Shown here: in pieces, positions 13,099 to 25,810 of the stretch | Layout: each line of letters starts with the position of its first letter | Numbering within the stretch: the stretch's first letter is position 1 | Assembly (NCBI GenBank): GCA_051362555.1 | Contig: CM120642.1 | Coordinates: 27,714,001-27,778,000 of the forward strand | Source: Lingula anatina | Lineage: Eukaryota; Animalia; Brachiopoda | Length of the DNA: 64,000 bases | Reading direction: 5' to 3' | Position numbers and translations under genes: made by a program | The notes under the pieces: generated by a model | What the model saw: the letters and a program-made list of their open reading frames with translations, nothing else | What the model was told of the DNA's origin: nothing | Databases searched by the model: none

Positions 13099-14466
13099 TA
13101 AGTGCCAACGTGCTGAAAAAAAAAAAAAAAAAAAAAGCTCCAGGTGTGTTTATTTATTTATTAAAACCAATCATATTCACGATTAATTTCATCTGGTTAA
13201 TGGATTTTATAACATTTAATGACAATTAATCCGGAAATAAAAGCCAAAGAAAACTTTTTCTTCTTTCTTTAAAGGCTAAAAGGAACTCCCATGTCATTCT
13301 CCCATTCTTCATGTTGTTCTGCAATTTACAATAATACTGCAAACGGAGGCAGGGTATTGGCTTTTAAGAATTGTGGACCAAACCTCAGCCTGCTTTAGAG
13401 AAGCAGTTGCAAAATGCGTTTGTTGCGATATTTGAGTGGCGCCATGTCATGTCAGGCTGCATTATTATTCAGATTAGTTTTAGAGACCATCACTCAGGCA
13501 GCTAGGAAGGCAAAGGCAGATGGCGACCGACGATAAGAAAACAACGTTCGACTAAGCACTTTTGCGGGAACAACCGGCCCGTGTTCCGCACGCTTTGCAG
13601 TACATTTCCAGGAGTGAGCCGATGTGCAAGGAATGGTAGTCCTAGGAAAGTACGAGGTCCCATATAATTAGCACAGGTTAGGGTTAGTTGGAGCTTTGGG
13701 GTTAATAAATGGGACAAATGTCACCTGGACCAAGTAATGGGCACTGGACTACGGTTCCTAGCGGACAAAAATTCCTGTCGCACCGTATTTCGTCTAGTGG
13801 ACTACATTGCAAATTTGATAAGGTTTAAATAAGTGAAAAATAAAACATTAACGTACGACATCACGTTTTCATCCCACGGTTTCTTCAAGTTTAATGTAAT
13901 TGAGTATATATATATATTTCTTATTTGAACAATAAACTAATCTTGGATTGAAAATTGGGAATAACATGATATACGTGTGCTTAAAATTATATGTTTGTCA
14001 TTACGCTTTTCCAGTCAAAAGAAAATGTCATGCAGTAGCTGTTTTATTGCCATGCAAATGTATAATTTCACATATATATATATATATTTGTATTCTAACA
14101 CTTATATTTTATTTTCCAACAGACTTACAGGTATGCCCTGTTTTCTGAACGTATTCCCTTTTTCAGTTCAAATGAATATGACAGTTTTTCATTCAAAACA
14201 ATTAAATTCTACGTCATACACCTCTCAACACTAAATATGTGGTAATAGATAACATACGCCATACGTAACAAATATAAATAACCGTCTCAAACATTACATT
14301 CAAAGTATAAAAAAGGGAAATAACAGCATTAACGTCAGCTCATAATTTATTAGCAGGAAAAAAGAAATGTTTTTCTATGCGATCCAAGTCATATACCGGC
14401 ATTATATTGGATTGAAAGCAAATACGTGTCAGATCAGCAAAAGTGACGGATCGAATTATCTGCACA

Positions 14467-16829
14467 ATGTATGTTTTAAGATGTGTATATGAACTACCGT
14501 CAAAGATTGGTGGTGCTTTGAAAATAAGTACACTGATTATTGGGGCACTACTAGTCATTTCTTTGTTATTGTTTCCGGATATCACACGGATCGTTGAGGA
14601 AACCAAACCAAAGAAATGGCAGTTCGGGGTGCCGACTGTTGACCCTCAAGCTAGGCATGGCGAGGAACCCGGCGTTCGTCGAGGTGATGGCCAACTGACA
14701 AGTGTAGACATGATCGAGGACCTGGGATCAAAGAGAATGAATGCAACAGACCCGAGATTATTGAAGCTCCTCCGCGAAAAATGGCTTCTTGCACCCTCCA
14801 GCCGTCCATATCACTTAGATAAACCACAAAAAATACACACTTCTCAGGTTGGGCAATCACAGGCAATTGATAAGCTACTGAAACAGAGAAAAAACGGTTT
14901 CTTTGTCGAGGCGGGAGCCGGGGATGGTGAACTTATATCTAACTCCTTGTTTTTTGAGAGATTTCGGAACTGGACGGGAGTACTCGTAGAAGCAAACCCA
15001 TGGGCCTTTGATAAGATGACCAAAAAACACAGGTAAGTGGGTTTTCTTTCGAGACTACACTGTTTACAACTACCAAACATCTGTCTCAAAAGCCTACTTA
15101 TGTAATAAAAAGTCTTGATTTCTGAATAATATAATATATAATCTACCAGAGCCATAGCTAGCAATTACCAAGATATTATTCTGAACCCTTCAACTCTCGG
15201 ATAGTATTTGCCTTGAGTGCATCGAACACACTTTCGCTGGCGATATTTATATCAGGTAAAAAATCTACCTGTGTGTTATTTTCAAAGAGCATCTCCAACA
15301 GAACTGGGGAACTAGATTAAATCTGGACATTGGCTTAGGAGCCAGAGAAACAAAAGAACACTTTTTCTGCAAAGCTTCAAAGAATTTTGACACGGACTTG
15401 ATCCTCAGCATCCTCAGTCGACCTGTTCTTACGATATGCAAATTGAAAAGGGTCGAAGGACGTCGGTAATTTTGATTTCACATGTTGCAGAATTTCTTAA
15501 GCACCTTCATAACAAGTGGAAACTAAGTTAATCTGCCCTTCATCTGTTGCCTGTGTCTACATTTCGCTGTACCTGGGAAATTTGAAAATCCGTGTGTACA
15601 ATTTTAAAAGGTCTGGTTACGCCCCTGATGTGAGTAGACGATCATTAACATACCCAGCGTAACCACTGAAGCACCCCAACACCAATTGTTTTTAATATGC
15701 GGCTCCTATATAAGTGACAAGGATACATATTACCAAGTGTTTGACATAGGAGGGTGTCTTGACCCGCTGAATTGCCAGAAGGTTGGTTTAACATAAAACA
15801 ACAGGGAAATCATGTCTCCCACTTAACCGTCAGAAGACGCCTGCACAATCGCCGTTATTTTGGCAGGCTTTCTGTTAGGAGACCAGTGATCATAAGGAAC
15901 CATCTACGTCGAGTCAGATGGTATATAGGAACTCTGGCGTGGACACCAGTCAATCACTGGACATTGATACTGTTCTCAGATGAAAACAGATTTAGCGTTG
16001 TCAGAATGTATGGAAGCATAGTGTTTGGAGATCAGCTGGTAAGAAGTATATTCCCAATGTTCTGCCTCTGGTCGACAGGACGCACCCATCATGTATAGGG
16101 TATAGGCATGTATAGGTGTGTTGGCTACTATGGTGTAGGCGAGCTGGCACTGGTCAACGTGGATTTTTTCTCAGGACAAATAATATGACATAAAAATAGT
16201 TTATATTTGTTTTTTTGTTATTATTATTATTTAAAATATATCGGACATTTTGTCCCCACTGGCCAAGCATCCACAATCAATTTCCAAATGGTTCCTGCTT
16301 CTTTTATGTGCAATAACAAAGTTATTTTATCTTTAGTTTGACATCAAGTTATTCTTATTGTTTATTTTAGATATTTTATTTTTAAAACAGGAAATCCAAT
16401 GTCATCAACGCTTGCCTGTCTCCGATACCGTACCCAGTCCGAATAGAATTTAACTATGCCGATTATTTTGGTGGCATCAGTGATATGGGCCAAAAGTTTC
16501 CACGCAGAGGAAAAGGCAAAGGACTAGCACAATGTTTCCCAATACACTCCATCCTGGCCGCACTGGGCGTCAACCACGTGGACTACTTCTCCCTGGACGT
16601 CGAGGGGGCCGAGGTGGAGATTCTCAAGACATTCCCTTGGAAAGATATCATGGTGGACGTGTGGACTGTAGAGTATGGGGTCTTCTATGCTATGGGAGGA
16701 AAGGAGGAGGCCCGGCGAATGTCTGAAATCAGGAAGATCTTTCAAAACACAGGGGTGTACCAAGAGATCAATGCTCCTGGATTAAAATTTGATTTTCTGT
16801 TTGTTCGAAAGGAGATACTGGCATTGTAA
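14467..16829 (+). CDS. FkbM/Methyltransf_21 (Star-like) methyltransferase, copy 2 (intact)
   Basis: Exon 1 14467-15032, exon 2 16391-16829 (TAA). VEAGAGDGE, GVLVEANP and DYFSLDVEGAE motifs; N-terminal TM helix. Confidence 0.9.
15640..16165 (+). mobile_element. Degenerate Tc1-like transposase fragment in the intron of copy 2
   Basis: VSHLTVRRRLH...WT..HW..ILFSDENRF (Tc1 HTH and first catalytic D); near-identical copy at about 22370-22870. Confidence 0.7.
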
Positions 16830-17692
16830 AGAAGGGATTGCTGACTTGACCATCCCCAAAGCTGAACTCAAACATCTCCTATATAAACTTTGGTTGTCTG
16901 ATCACTTAATGACGAGTTCAAGTCAAACTCCGAGATTCAGGGGACGTTGGGAACTTCCTTCTCTACTTTTGATTATCATACATGCACTTTTACAAGTTAT
17001 CATTGTCAGTAACGCACCAAACGTCCAAAACCTTTGCATGGGAAACCTGAAATATCCAAAATGGAAGTAAATTAAGACTCGTGCATATAAAATGGCCTTG
17101 TTCTTGATTCGTACCACTGTGTCAGACTAATAAAGCACTACAATTATTAATGTGCACACATCTGCTGTTTGTAATGATAATTATTCCATTACTTAAACCC
17201 AAAAAAGTCTCCATCAGTACAAAGACATATATTGATGAATGGGATTATAAAATATTTATTGATTTCACTTTTCAGAGACGATTTGGCTCTTTTTTAATAC
17301 GTTGTCTTACAATGCATATAAAATTCCACTTTCAAATGCAACTTCAGAGTGAATGTTGTTCAAATGGTAATTTTGATAAATAATAGTAAATATATATTCT
17401 ACTTGAAAGGGATAACAACAGTTCGTTTTGGCAAAAAAAAAAAAAGGTTTCCTGGGGTACGACGACGATTTCCCAATACTTACGAAAAGTTGCTGAATCC
17501 TTTCCGACATCCAAAATCAGTCCATGTTTTTTTTCTTAAAAAGTTTTTTTCAATAACCTCTTAAGAGATTATCACAGAGGTAAAGCTGCCTACGCAGGTC
17601 TACGTGGTCAGATGGCAAACGCAGATTCCAGAATGATTGTGATAGCCGCTGTTTTGGTGGTTAAACGGAATGCATTACATTTCTACCATATA

Positions 17693-18741
17693 CACTCTTG
17701 CCCAAAATGGTTGGTACACGGAAATTTTGGGAGGCATATCGCCCTGTTTCTTTCATTATTATTAATATTATCAAATTAATACTGTTTAAATTGTTAAATA
17801 TGAGAAGCTGGAGGATTGGTAAAGTCAAGGAGAAACAAGCAATGCAAATGTGAAAAAAGTGTTAATTTATAGCTATGAGCTATGAGAGTGCGTAGGCTCC
17901 CTGGGGAGAGGCTGTTAAATGAAAATATCCAGGAAACAATGGCTGGAGGAGGTGGTTCTGTACATGTGTGGGGTGCCATTTGCAGCAACGGTATTTGCCC
18001 ATTGCTTCCTCTGGATGAAAACCTTAACGCTGCCAGATGCAGAGACAATCTCCAGAAGAACCTGGAGCTGTTCAAAAGAGGAATATACAGAGACAATTTT
18101 AGATTGCAACATGACAATCCAACTCCCCACACAGCCCGCTTAATTGCAGACTATATCCGAAAAAACAACATTCAGCCGATGCCACAGCCAGCAAGAAGCC
18201 CAGATGCAAACCCAATTGAGCACATGTGGGACGAACTTGGTCGTGCCATTTAGAGGAGAAACCTTCCCCCTACAAATCTAGATGAACTGCGAAATGCCCT
18301 TCAAGATGAATGAACCAGAATTCCTCTCCAAAGAGCTGTAACTCTAGTTCACAGTATGCCACGCCGTCTGGTGCCATTGTCCAAGCTCGGGGTGGGCATA
18401 CCCGCTATTTAGATCAATAATGAACTCTGAAGATGTTTCTTGACAATTTCCCCAAATTTCATATTAATTGTCAATCACAGTATAATTTTATGTTTAATTT
18501 TTCACTTGGTACTGTTATGCAAAAAAAGTACCCTTTTTGGGGGCATGAGAAAAAATACCCTAAATAAATTTACGCTTTTTTCACATTGGCATTGTTTGTT
18601 TCTCCTTGACTTTACCAATTCTCCAGCTTCACATATTTATCAATGTAAACAGTATTAATTTGATAATATCAATAATAATGAAAGAAACAGGGCGATATGC
18701 CTCCCAAAATTTCCGTGTACCAACCATTTTGGGCAAGAGTG
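17693..18741 (+). mobile_element. Internally deleted Tc1/mariner DNA transposon with ~175-bp TIRs and TA target-site duplication
   Basis: TA-cactcttgcccaaaatggttggtacacgg ... ccgtgtaccaaccattttgggcaagagtg-TA. Internal DDE remnant GGGSVHVWGAI...LQHDNPTPH...PARSPDANPIEHMW with stops (17882-18410). Confidence 0.92.
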
Positions 18742-20810
18742 TATCTATTGGGAAATATTTATCTCATATGCACAGTTGTTATTCCTTTGAAATCCCTTAT
18801 ACCAGAAGATATTTTGATTGTGACATCATGTTTGACTGGACACTGCAGTCCATCAATGTCCCTAAATATGTTTGCATTGTCGCATATATATACATGTATT
18901 CCAAATATGGAGTCTTATTTCTTTATTCTTTGTATCATATGGCATTTTTTTATTTCTAAGTGGCTTCAATCAGATTATTTGATTGTTCAAAGATGACCAT
19001 TTAACGTATTTGGAAAGAAGTTACCTTCTGCAAACACAGTTCAACCTGTTGCAACACTTACCGGGTACAGAGATAGCATTTACACATGCAGGTCATATTA
19101 TGCCTCTCCGTCCACGACACTATATCACTATAAATGAAGTGTAAAAAAAAAATAAAAATAAAAATAAAAAAAAACGGACTGGGAGAGGCCACGATAGGGG
19201 GTCCAAAGTGATAAGCTGCTTGAAAATCAACCGAGAATAATTCATTGAGTAGATCTTTTGGAGATTCCAAATGAAGTGGAAAAAGCTTATATTGGCGGAA
19301 TCTGATTGCATCTTCTACAATCTAACCTTAATGCCTATGCTAAACTTTAGGTTTGCTATTTTTGCTATTATTCAACTTCTTTTCGAAAACGAATTTTTAA
19401 GATGAATGTTTGAGCTCCATTTGGCACACCTTGGTCATTATATACCTCTATGCAGAATTCTATGTCCGTGTTTTCCCACAACATACGTGTCTAAAGTTCA
19501 AATATTTCATATATGGGATTTTAAAGTATTTTAATACCAAACTTGTCTTACAAAGCGCTCTTAAAAATGACAGAGAATTTTGATTCAAAACGGATTTTCC
19601 CACCAAAGGGGCGTTTCTTTAACCCCCCTTTCCTACAGGACTGCATATTGATCGGTATTGTGCTTTAACGATAATAAAATCACAAGCCGAATAACATCTA
19701 GTTAATGGATTTTTACCAATTTTCATTTAAATGACAATTAACTCTGAAAACCAAAGCAAACTTTTGCTTCCAACCTTAAAGACCCAGTGGAACCCTCATA
19801 TCGGTCTTCTTTTCTTCGTGTTGTTCTGCAATTCACAAGATTGCAAACGGAGGCTGGATATTGACTTTTAAGAATTACCTCGCACATAGACCGAACCTGA
19901 GCCTGCTTTAGAGAAGCAATTGCAAAATGCATTTGTTGCGATATATGAGTGGCGCCGTGTCATGTCAAGCTGCATTGGTATTCAGATGAGTTTTTAGTGA
20001 CAATCACCCAGGCAGCTAGGAAGGCAAGGGTAGATGGCTGCAAACTAGGAGAAAACAACATCCGACTATATATTAAGCACTTTTTTGAAGGAACAACCGG
20101 CCTGTGTTCCGCATGCTTTGCAGCACATTTCCAAAAGAAGGAGTGAGCCGATATGAAAGGGATGGTAGTCGTAGGAAAGTCCGAGGTCCCATATGATTAG
20201 TACTGGTTAGGGTTTAGTCGGAGCAGTTTGCTTAGTACTGGTATATGGGCTGAATACAGCCTGTACCAAGTAATGGGGACCGGATTATGGTTCCTAGAGG
20301 ACAACCATTCCCGTCACACCGGTATATCATCTAGTGGGATATATTGCAAACTTGATTAGATTGAAATATGGAAAAAAATCACGTTTTCATCCCAAGATTT
20401 CCTTACGTTTAGTTTAATTAATTTTATATACGTTTCTTACTTGCACACCAAACTAATCTCGGATTGAAAATTGGGAATAATATGATATTCGAATTTTTTA
20501 AATAATATGTTAAGCATTACGCTTTAAAAAAAGCTGTACAGACATTTCAACATTATATATGTGGAAATACGTTACATAGACTATACGTATACAAAACAAC
20601 AAAAATACAAATATCCGTCTTAAATGTTAAACTTTAATGTCAAAAAGGAATATGATTGCATGTTGTCAACCGATCCAACATCAGCTTATAATTTATTAGC
20701 AATGACAAGAAAATGCTTATTTTCGATCCAAGCCATATACTGGCATTATATAAAATTCAAATCAAATACGTGGCAGGTCTGCAAAACCAAGGGTTCAAAT
20801 TATCCGCACA

Positions 20811-23532
20811 ATGGATGTTTTGAGTCGTGACTTAGCTCCAAAGATTCGCGGTGCGTTGAAAATAGGTATACTAATTGTTGGGGCACTACTTGTCATTTCT
20901 TTCTTATTGTTTCCGGATATCACACGGATCGTTCGAGATACCAGCCCAAAGAAATGGCAGTTCGGGCTGCCGACTGTTTACTCTCAAGCTAGGTATGGCG
21001 AGGAACCCGGCGTTCTTCGAGGTGATGGCCAACTGACAAGTGTAGACATGATCGAGGACCTGGGATCAAAGAGAATGAATGCAACCGACCCTAGATTATT
21101 GAAGCTCCTCCGCGAAAAATGGCTTCTTGCACCCTCCAGCCGTCCATACCACTTAGATAAACCACAAAAAATACACGCGTCTCAGGTTGGGCAATCACAG
21201 GCAATTGATAAGCTACTGAAACAGAGAAAAAACGGTTTCTTTGTCGAGGCGGGAGCCGCGGATGGTGAACTTATATCTAACTCCTTGTTTTTTGAGAGAT
21301 TTCGGAACTGGACGGGAGTACTTGTAGAAGCAAACCCATGGGCCTTTGATAAGATGGCCAAAAAACACAGGTAAGTGGGTTTTTTTTTCGAGACTACACT
21401 GTTTCCAACTACCAAACATCTGTCTCAAAAGCCTACTTATGTAATAAAAAGTCTTGATTTCTGAATAATATAATATGTAATCCACCAGACCCGTAGCCAG
21501 CAATTCCAAAAGGGTTTTTTTTTCTGAAAAGAGAATCTTTTACCAAGATATTATTCTGAACCCTTCAACTCTCGGGTAGTATTTGCCTTGAGTGTATCGA
21601 ACACACTTTCGCTGGCGATATTTATATCAGGTAAAAAAATCTACATGTGTGTTATTTTCAAAGAGCATCTCCAGCAGACCTGGGGGAACTAGATTAAATC
21701 TGGACATTGGGCTTAATAAGGAGCCAGAGAAACAAAAGAAGACTTTTTCTGCAAAGCTTCAAAGAACTTTGACACAGACTTGATCCGTGCCAAAATAATT
21801 AAAATTATTTATACATGTATCAGATTTCTATCCTGTAATATACTAGTAATTGGTTGATTTGTGGAGCCATGCACCCACATGTAACCTCGATGATACCACA
21901 TATAAGTTCAACTCTTAGTTAATTGATCATTCAGCTTACCATGGATATCACGAAGTGGATAGCAAGAGGGTATAATAATAACAACGATCAACTGTTCTTC
22001 ACGTTCTTGTCTGACAACTCAAGATAAATGCCGCAAACCAAATCGAATAACAGTACCGCACCGACATAATTCAGAATTGAGCTCGATACAAGCAGGTATA
22101 ATCTGCATAAGTGCCCAAAGTTTATGTATTGAGGCCCTAGTTAAATAAATATATAGTTTTGGGTGGAATAATATACTGGAACTTCATTAAATCGCAGGAT
22201 TTTTTTAAAAATTTTAGTGATGATTTGATTACTAGTGAAAACTAAGTTAATCTGCCCTTTATCTGTTGCATGTGTCTACATTTCGCTGTACCTGGGAATT
22301 TTGAAAATCTGTGCGTACAATTTTAAAATGTCTGGTTACGCCCCTGATGTGAGTAGACGATCATTAACATACCCACCGTAACCACTGAAGCACTCCAACA
22401 CCAATTGTTTTTAATATGCGGGTCCTAATATAAGTGACAAGGATACATAGTACCAAGTGGTTGACATAGGCGGGTGTCTTGACCCGTTGAATTGCCAGAA
22501 GGTTGGTTTAACATAAAACAAGAACAGGGAAAACCATGTTTCCCAGTTAACCGTCAGAAGACGTCTGCAAAATCGCCATTATTTTGGCAGGCTTTCTGTT
22601 AGGAAACCAGTGATCACAAGGAACAAATGGTATATTTGAACTCTGGCATGGACACCAGTCAATCACTGGGCATTGATACTGTTCTCAGATGAAAACAGAT
22701 TTAGCGTCAGAATGTATGGAAGCATAGTGTTTAAAGAACAGCTGGTAAGAAGTATATTCCCAGTTCTCTGCCTCTGGTCGACAGGACGCACCCATCATGT
22801 ATAGGGTATAGACACGTATAGGGTGTGTTGGCTACTATGGTGTAGGCGAGCTGGCACTGGTCAACGTGAATTTTTTATCAGGACATATGGGTTTATGACA
22901 TAAAATTAGTTCATATTTGTATTATTATTATTATCTATAATATATCGGACATTTTGTCTCCACTGGCCAAGCATCCACAATTAATTTCCAAATGGTCCCT
23001 GCTTCTTTTATGTGCAACAGCAAAGTTTTTTATCTTTAGTTTGACATCAGTTTATTCTTATTGTTTATTTTTGTTATTTTATTTTTAAAACAGGAAATCC
23101 AATGTCATCAACGCTTGCCTGTCTCCGATACCGCACCCAGTCCGAATAGAATTTAACTATGCCGATTTTTTTGGTGGCATCACTGATATGGGCCACAAGT
23201 TTCCAGACAGAGGAAAAGGCAAAGGACTTGCACAATGTTTCCCAATACATTCCATCCTGGCCGCACTGGGCGTCAACCACGTGGACTACTTCTCCCTGGA
23301 CGTCGAAGGGGCCGAAGTGGAGATTCTCCAGACATTCCCTTGGAAAGAAATCATGGTGGACACGTGGACTGTGGAGTTCGGGGTCTACTATGCAAGGGGA
23401 GGAAAGGAGGAGGCCCGGCGCATGTCAGAAATCAGGAAGATCTTCCAAAACACAGGGTTGTACCAAGAGATAAATGCTCCTGGATTAAAATTTGATTTTC
23501 TATTCGCTCGAAAGGAGATAATGGCCTTGTAA
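20811..23532 (+). CDS. FkbM/Methyltransf_21 (Star-like) methyltransferase, copy 3 (intact)
   Basis: Exon 1 20811-21370, exon 2 23094-23532 (TAA); all motifs intact. Confidence 0.9.
22370..22870 (+). mobile_element. Degenerate Tc1-like transposase fragment in the intron of copy 3
   Basis: Paralogue of 15640-16165 (…ttaaccgtcagaagacgtctg…gttctcagatgaaaacagattt). Confidence 0.65.
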
Positions 23533-24235
23533 AGAAGGCGTTGCTGACTTGATCATCCCTTAAGCTGAACTCAAACATCTCCTATATAAACTTTGGTTGT
23601 CTGATCACGCCATGACGAGTTCAAGTAAAACTCCGAGATTCAGGGGACGTTGGGAACTTCCTTCTCTACTTTTGATTATCATACATGCACTTTTACAAGT
23701 TATCATTGTCAGTAACGCACCAAACGTCCAAAACCTTTGCATGGGAAACCTGATATATCCAAAATGGAAGTAAATTAATTTAAACCCGTGCATATAAAAT
23801 GGCCTTGTTATTGATTCGTACCAATGTGTCAGACTAATAACGCACTACATTTCTTAATGTGCACACATCTGCTGTTTGTAATGATAATTATTCCATTACT
23901 TAAACCCAAAAAAGTATCCATCAGTACAAAGACATATATTGATGAATGGGATTATAAATCATTTATTGATTTCATTTTTCAGAGGGGATTTGTCTCTTTT
24001 TCAATACGTTGTCTTACAATGCAACAAAAATACAAATAACCGTCTTAAATGTTAAACTTTAATGTCAAAAAGGAATATGATTGCATGTAGTCAACCGATC
24101 CAACATCAGCTTATAATTTATTAGCAACGACAAGAAAATGCTTATTTTCGATCCAAACCATATACTGGCATTATATAAAATTCAAATCAAATACGTGGCA
24201 GGTCTGCAAAACCAAGGGTTCAAATCATCCGCACA

Positions 24236-25810
24236 ATGGAAGTTTTGAGTCGTGACTTAGCTCCAAAGATTCGCGGTGCGTTGAAAATAGGTATACTAAT
24301 TGTTGGGGCACTACTTGTCATTTCTTTCTTATTGTTTCCGGATATCACATGGATCGTTCGAGATACCAACCCAAAGAAATGGCAGTTCGGGCTGCCGACT
24401 GTTTACTCTCAAGCTAGGCATGGCGAGGTATCCGGCGTTTTTCGAGTTGATGGCCCACTGACAAGTGCAGACATGATCGAGGACCTGGGATCAAAGAGAA
24501 TGAATGCAACCGACCCTAGATTATTGAAGCTCCTCCGCGAAAAATGGCTTCTTGCACCCTCCAACCGTCCATACCACTTAGATAAACCAAAAAAAATACA
24601 CGCGTCTCAGCTTGGGCAATCACAGGTAATTGATAATCTACTGAAGCAGAGAAAAAAATGGTTTCTTTGTCGAGGCGGGAGCTGCAGATGGTGAACGTAT
24701 ATCTAACTCGTTGTTCTTTGAGAGATTTCGTAGCTGGACGGGATTACTCGTGGAAGCAAACCCATGGGAGTTTGATATAATGACCAAAAAACACAGGTAG
24801 GTGGGGTTTCTTTCGAGATCACATTGTTTCCAACAGCCAAACATCTGTCACACAAACCCACTTATGTGTGCTAGATTATTCATCAGCCTATTAATTTCTG
24901 AATAATATAACATATAATTCACTGTATGGCACAGGTGCGGTTTCTCACTAATTCTCCTTTGACGGATCGCGATTGTTCAAGGACAGTTGCTGATCCATCA
25001 TTTTTTTTTCTTTAGCTAGTGAAAATGCAAAAGGATGATTGTATAATAATGTCATATTTTATATAAAAGGGTTTTGTAAAGTTTTTTTAAAGAAATCTAA
25101 ATCTTTGATTCAATCGAATTAAAAAGGTTCAGCTAACCAAATCAATATTTTGTATAGTACTGAACATTTATTCAGAAGGAGTATATCAAAGAATAAAACT
25201 GATTGAGAACTATGTATAAAAGCCCTTATAGAATTTTGCCAAAACCCTCTAGGGATAACAATAATTTCTCCACATTTATTGGGTATTTTGCGATCTAGTC
25301 TAACAAAAGCTCTTGTCATCAACGGTGCAGTTCACTAAATCAACTCAGCTACTGTTATTTTATTTTTAATACAGGAAATCAAATATCATCAACGCTTGCC
25401 TGTCTCCGATACCGCAACCAGTGCGAATGGAATTCAACTATGCTAATTTGTATGGTGGCATCAGTGAAATGGGCCACAAGTTTCCAGACAGAGGAAAAGG
25501 CAAAGGACTTGCACAATGTTTCCCAATACATTCCATCCTGGCCGCAGTGGGCGTCAACCACGTAGACTACTTCTCCCTGGACGTCGAAGGGGCCGAAGTG
25601 GAGATTCTCCAGACATTCCCTTGGAAAGAAATCATGGTGGACACGTGGACTGTGGAGTTCGGGGTCTACTATGCAAGGGGAGGAAAGGAGGAGGCCCGGC
25701 GCATGTCAGAAATCAGGAAGATCTTCCAAAACACAGGGTTGTACCAAGAGATGGATGCTCCTGGATTAAAACAAGATTTACTATTTGCTCGAAAGGAGAT
25801 ACTGATCTAG
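24236..25810 (+). pseudogene. FkbM/Star-like methyltransferase, copy 4: single +1 frameshift in an A run (pseudogene or assembly error)
   Basis: Exon 1 24236-24796, exon 2 25375-25810. 'cagagaaaaaaatggtttc' at about 24647-24665 has 7 A after the G, versus 6 in copies 2 and 3. Otherwise open with intact splice sites. Confidence 0.75.
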
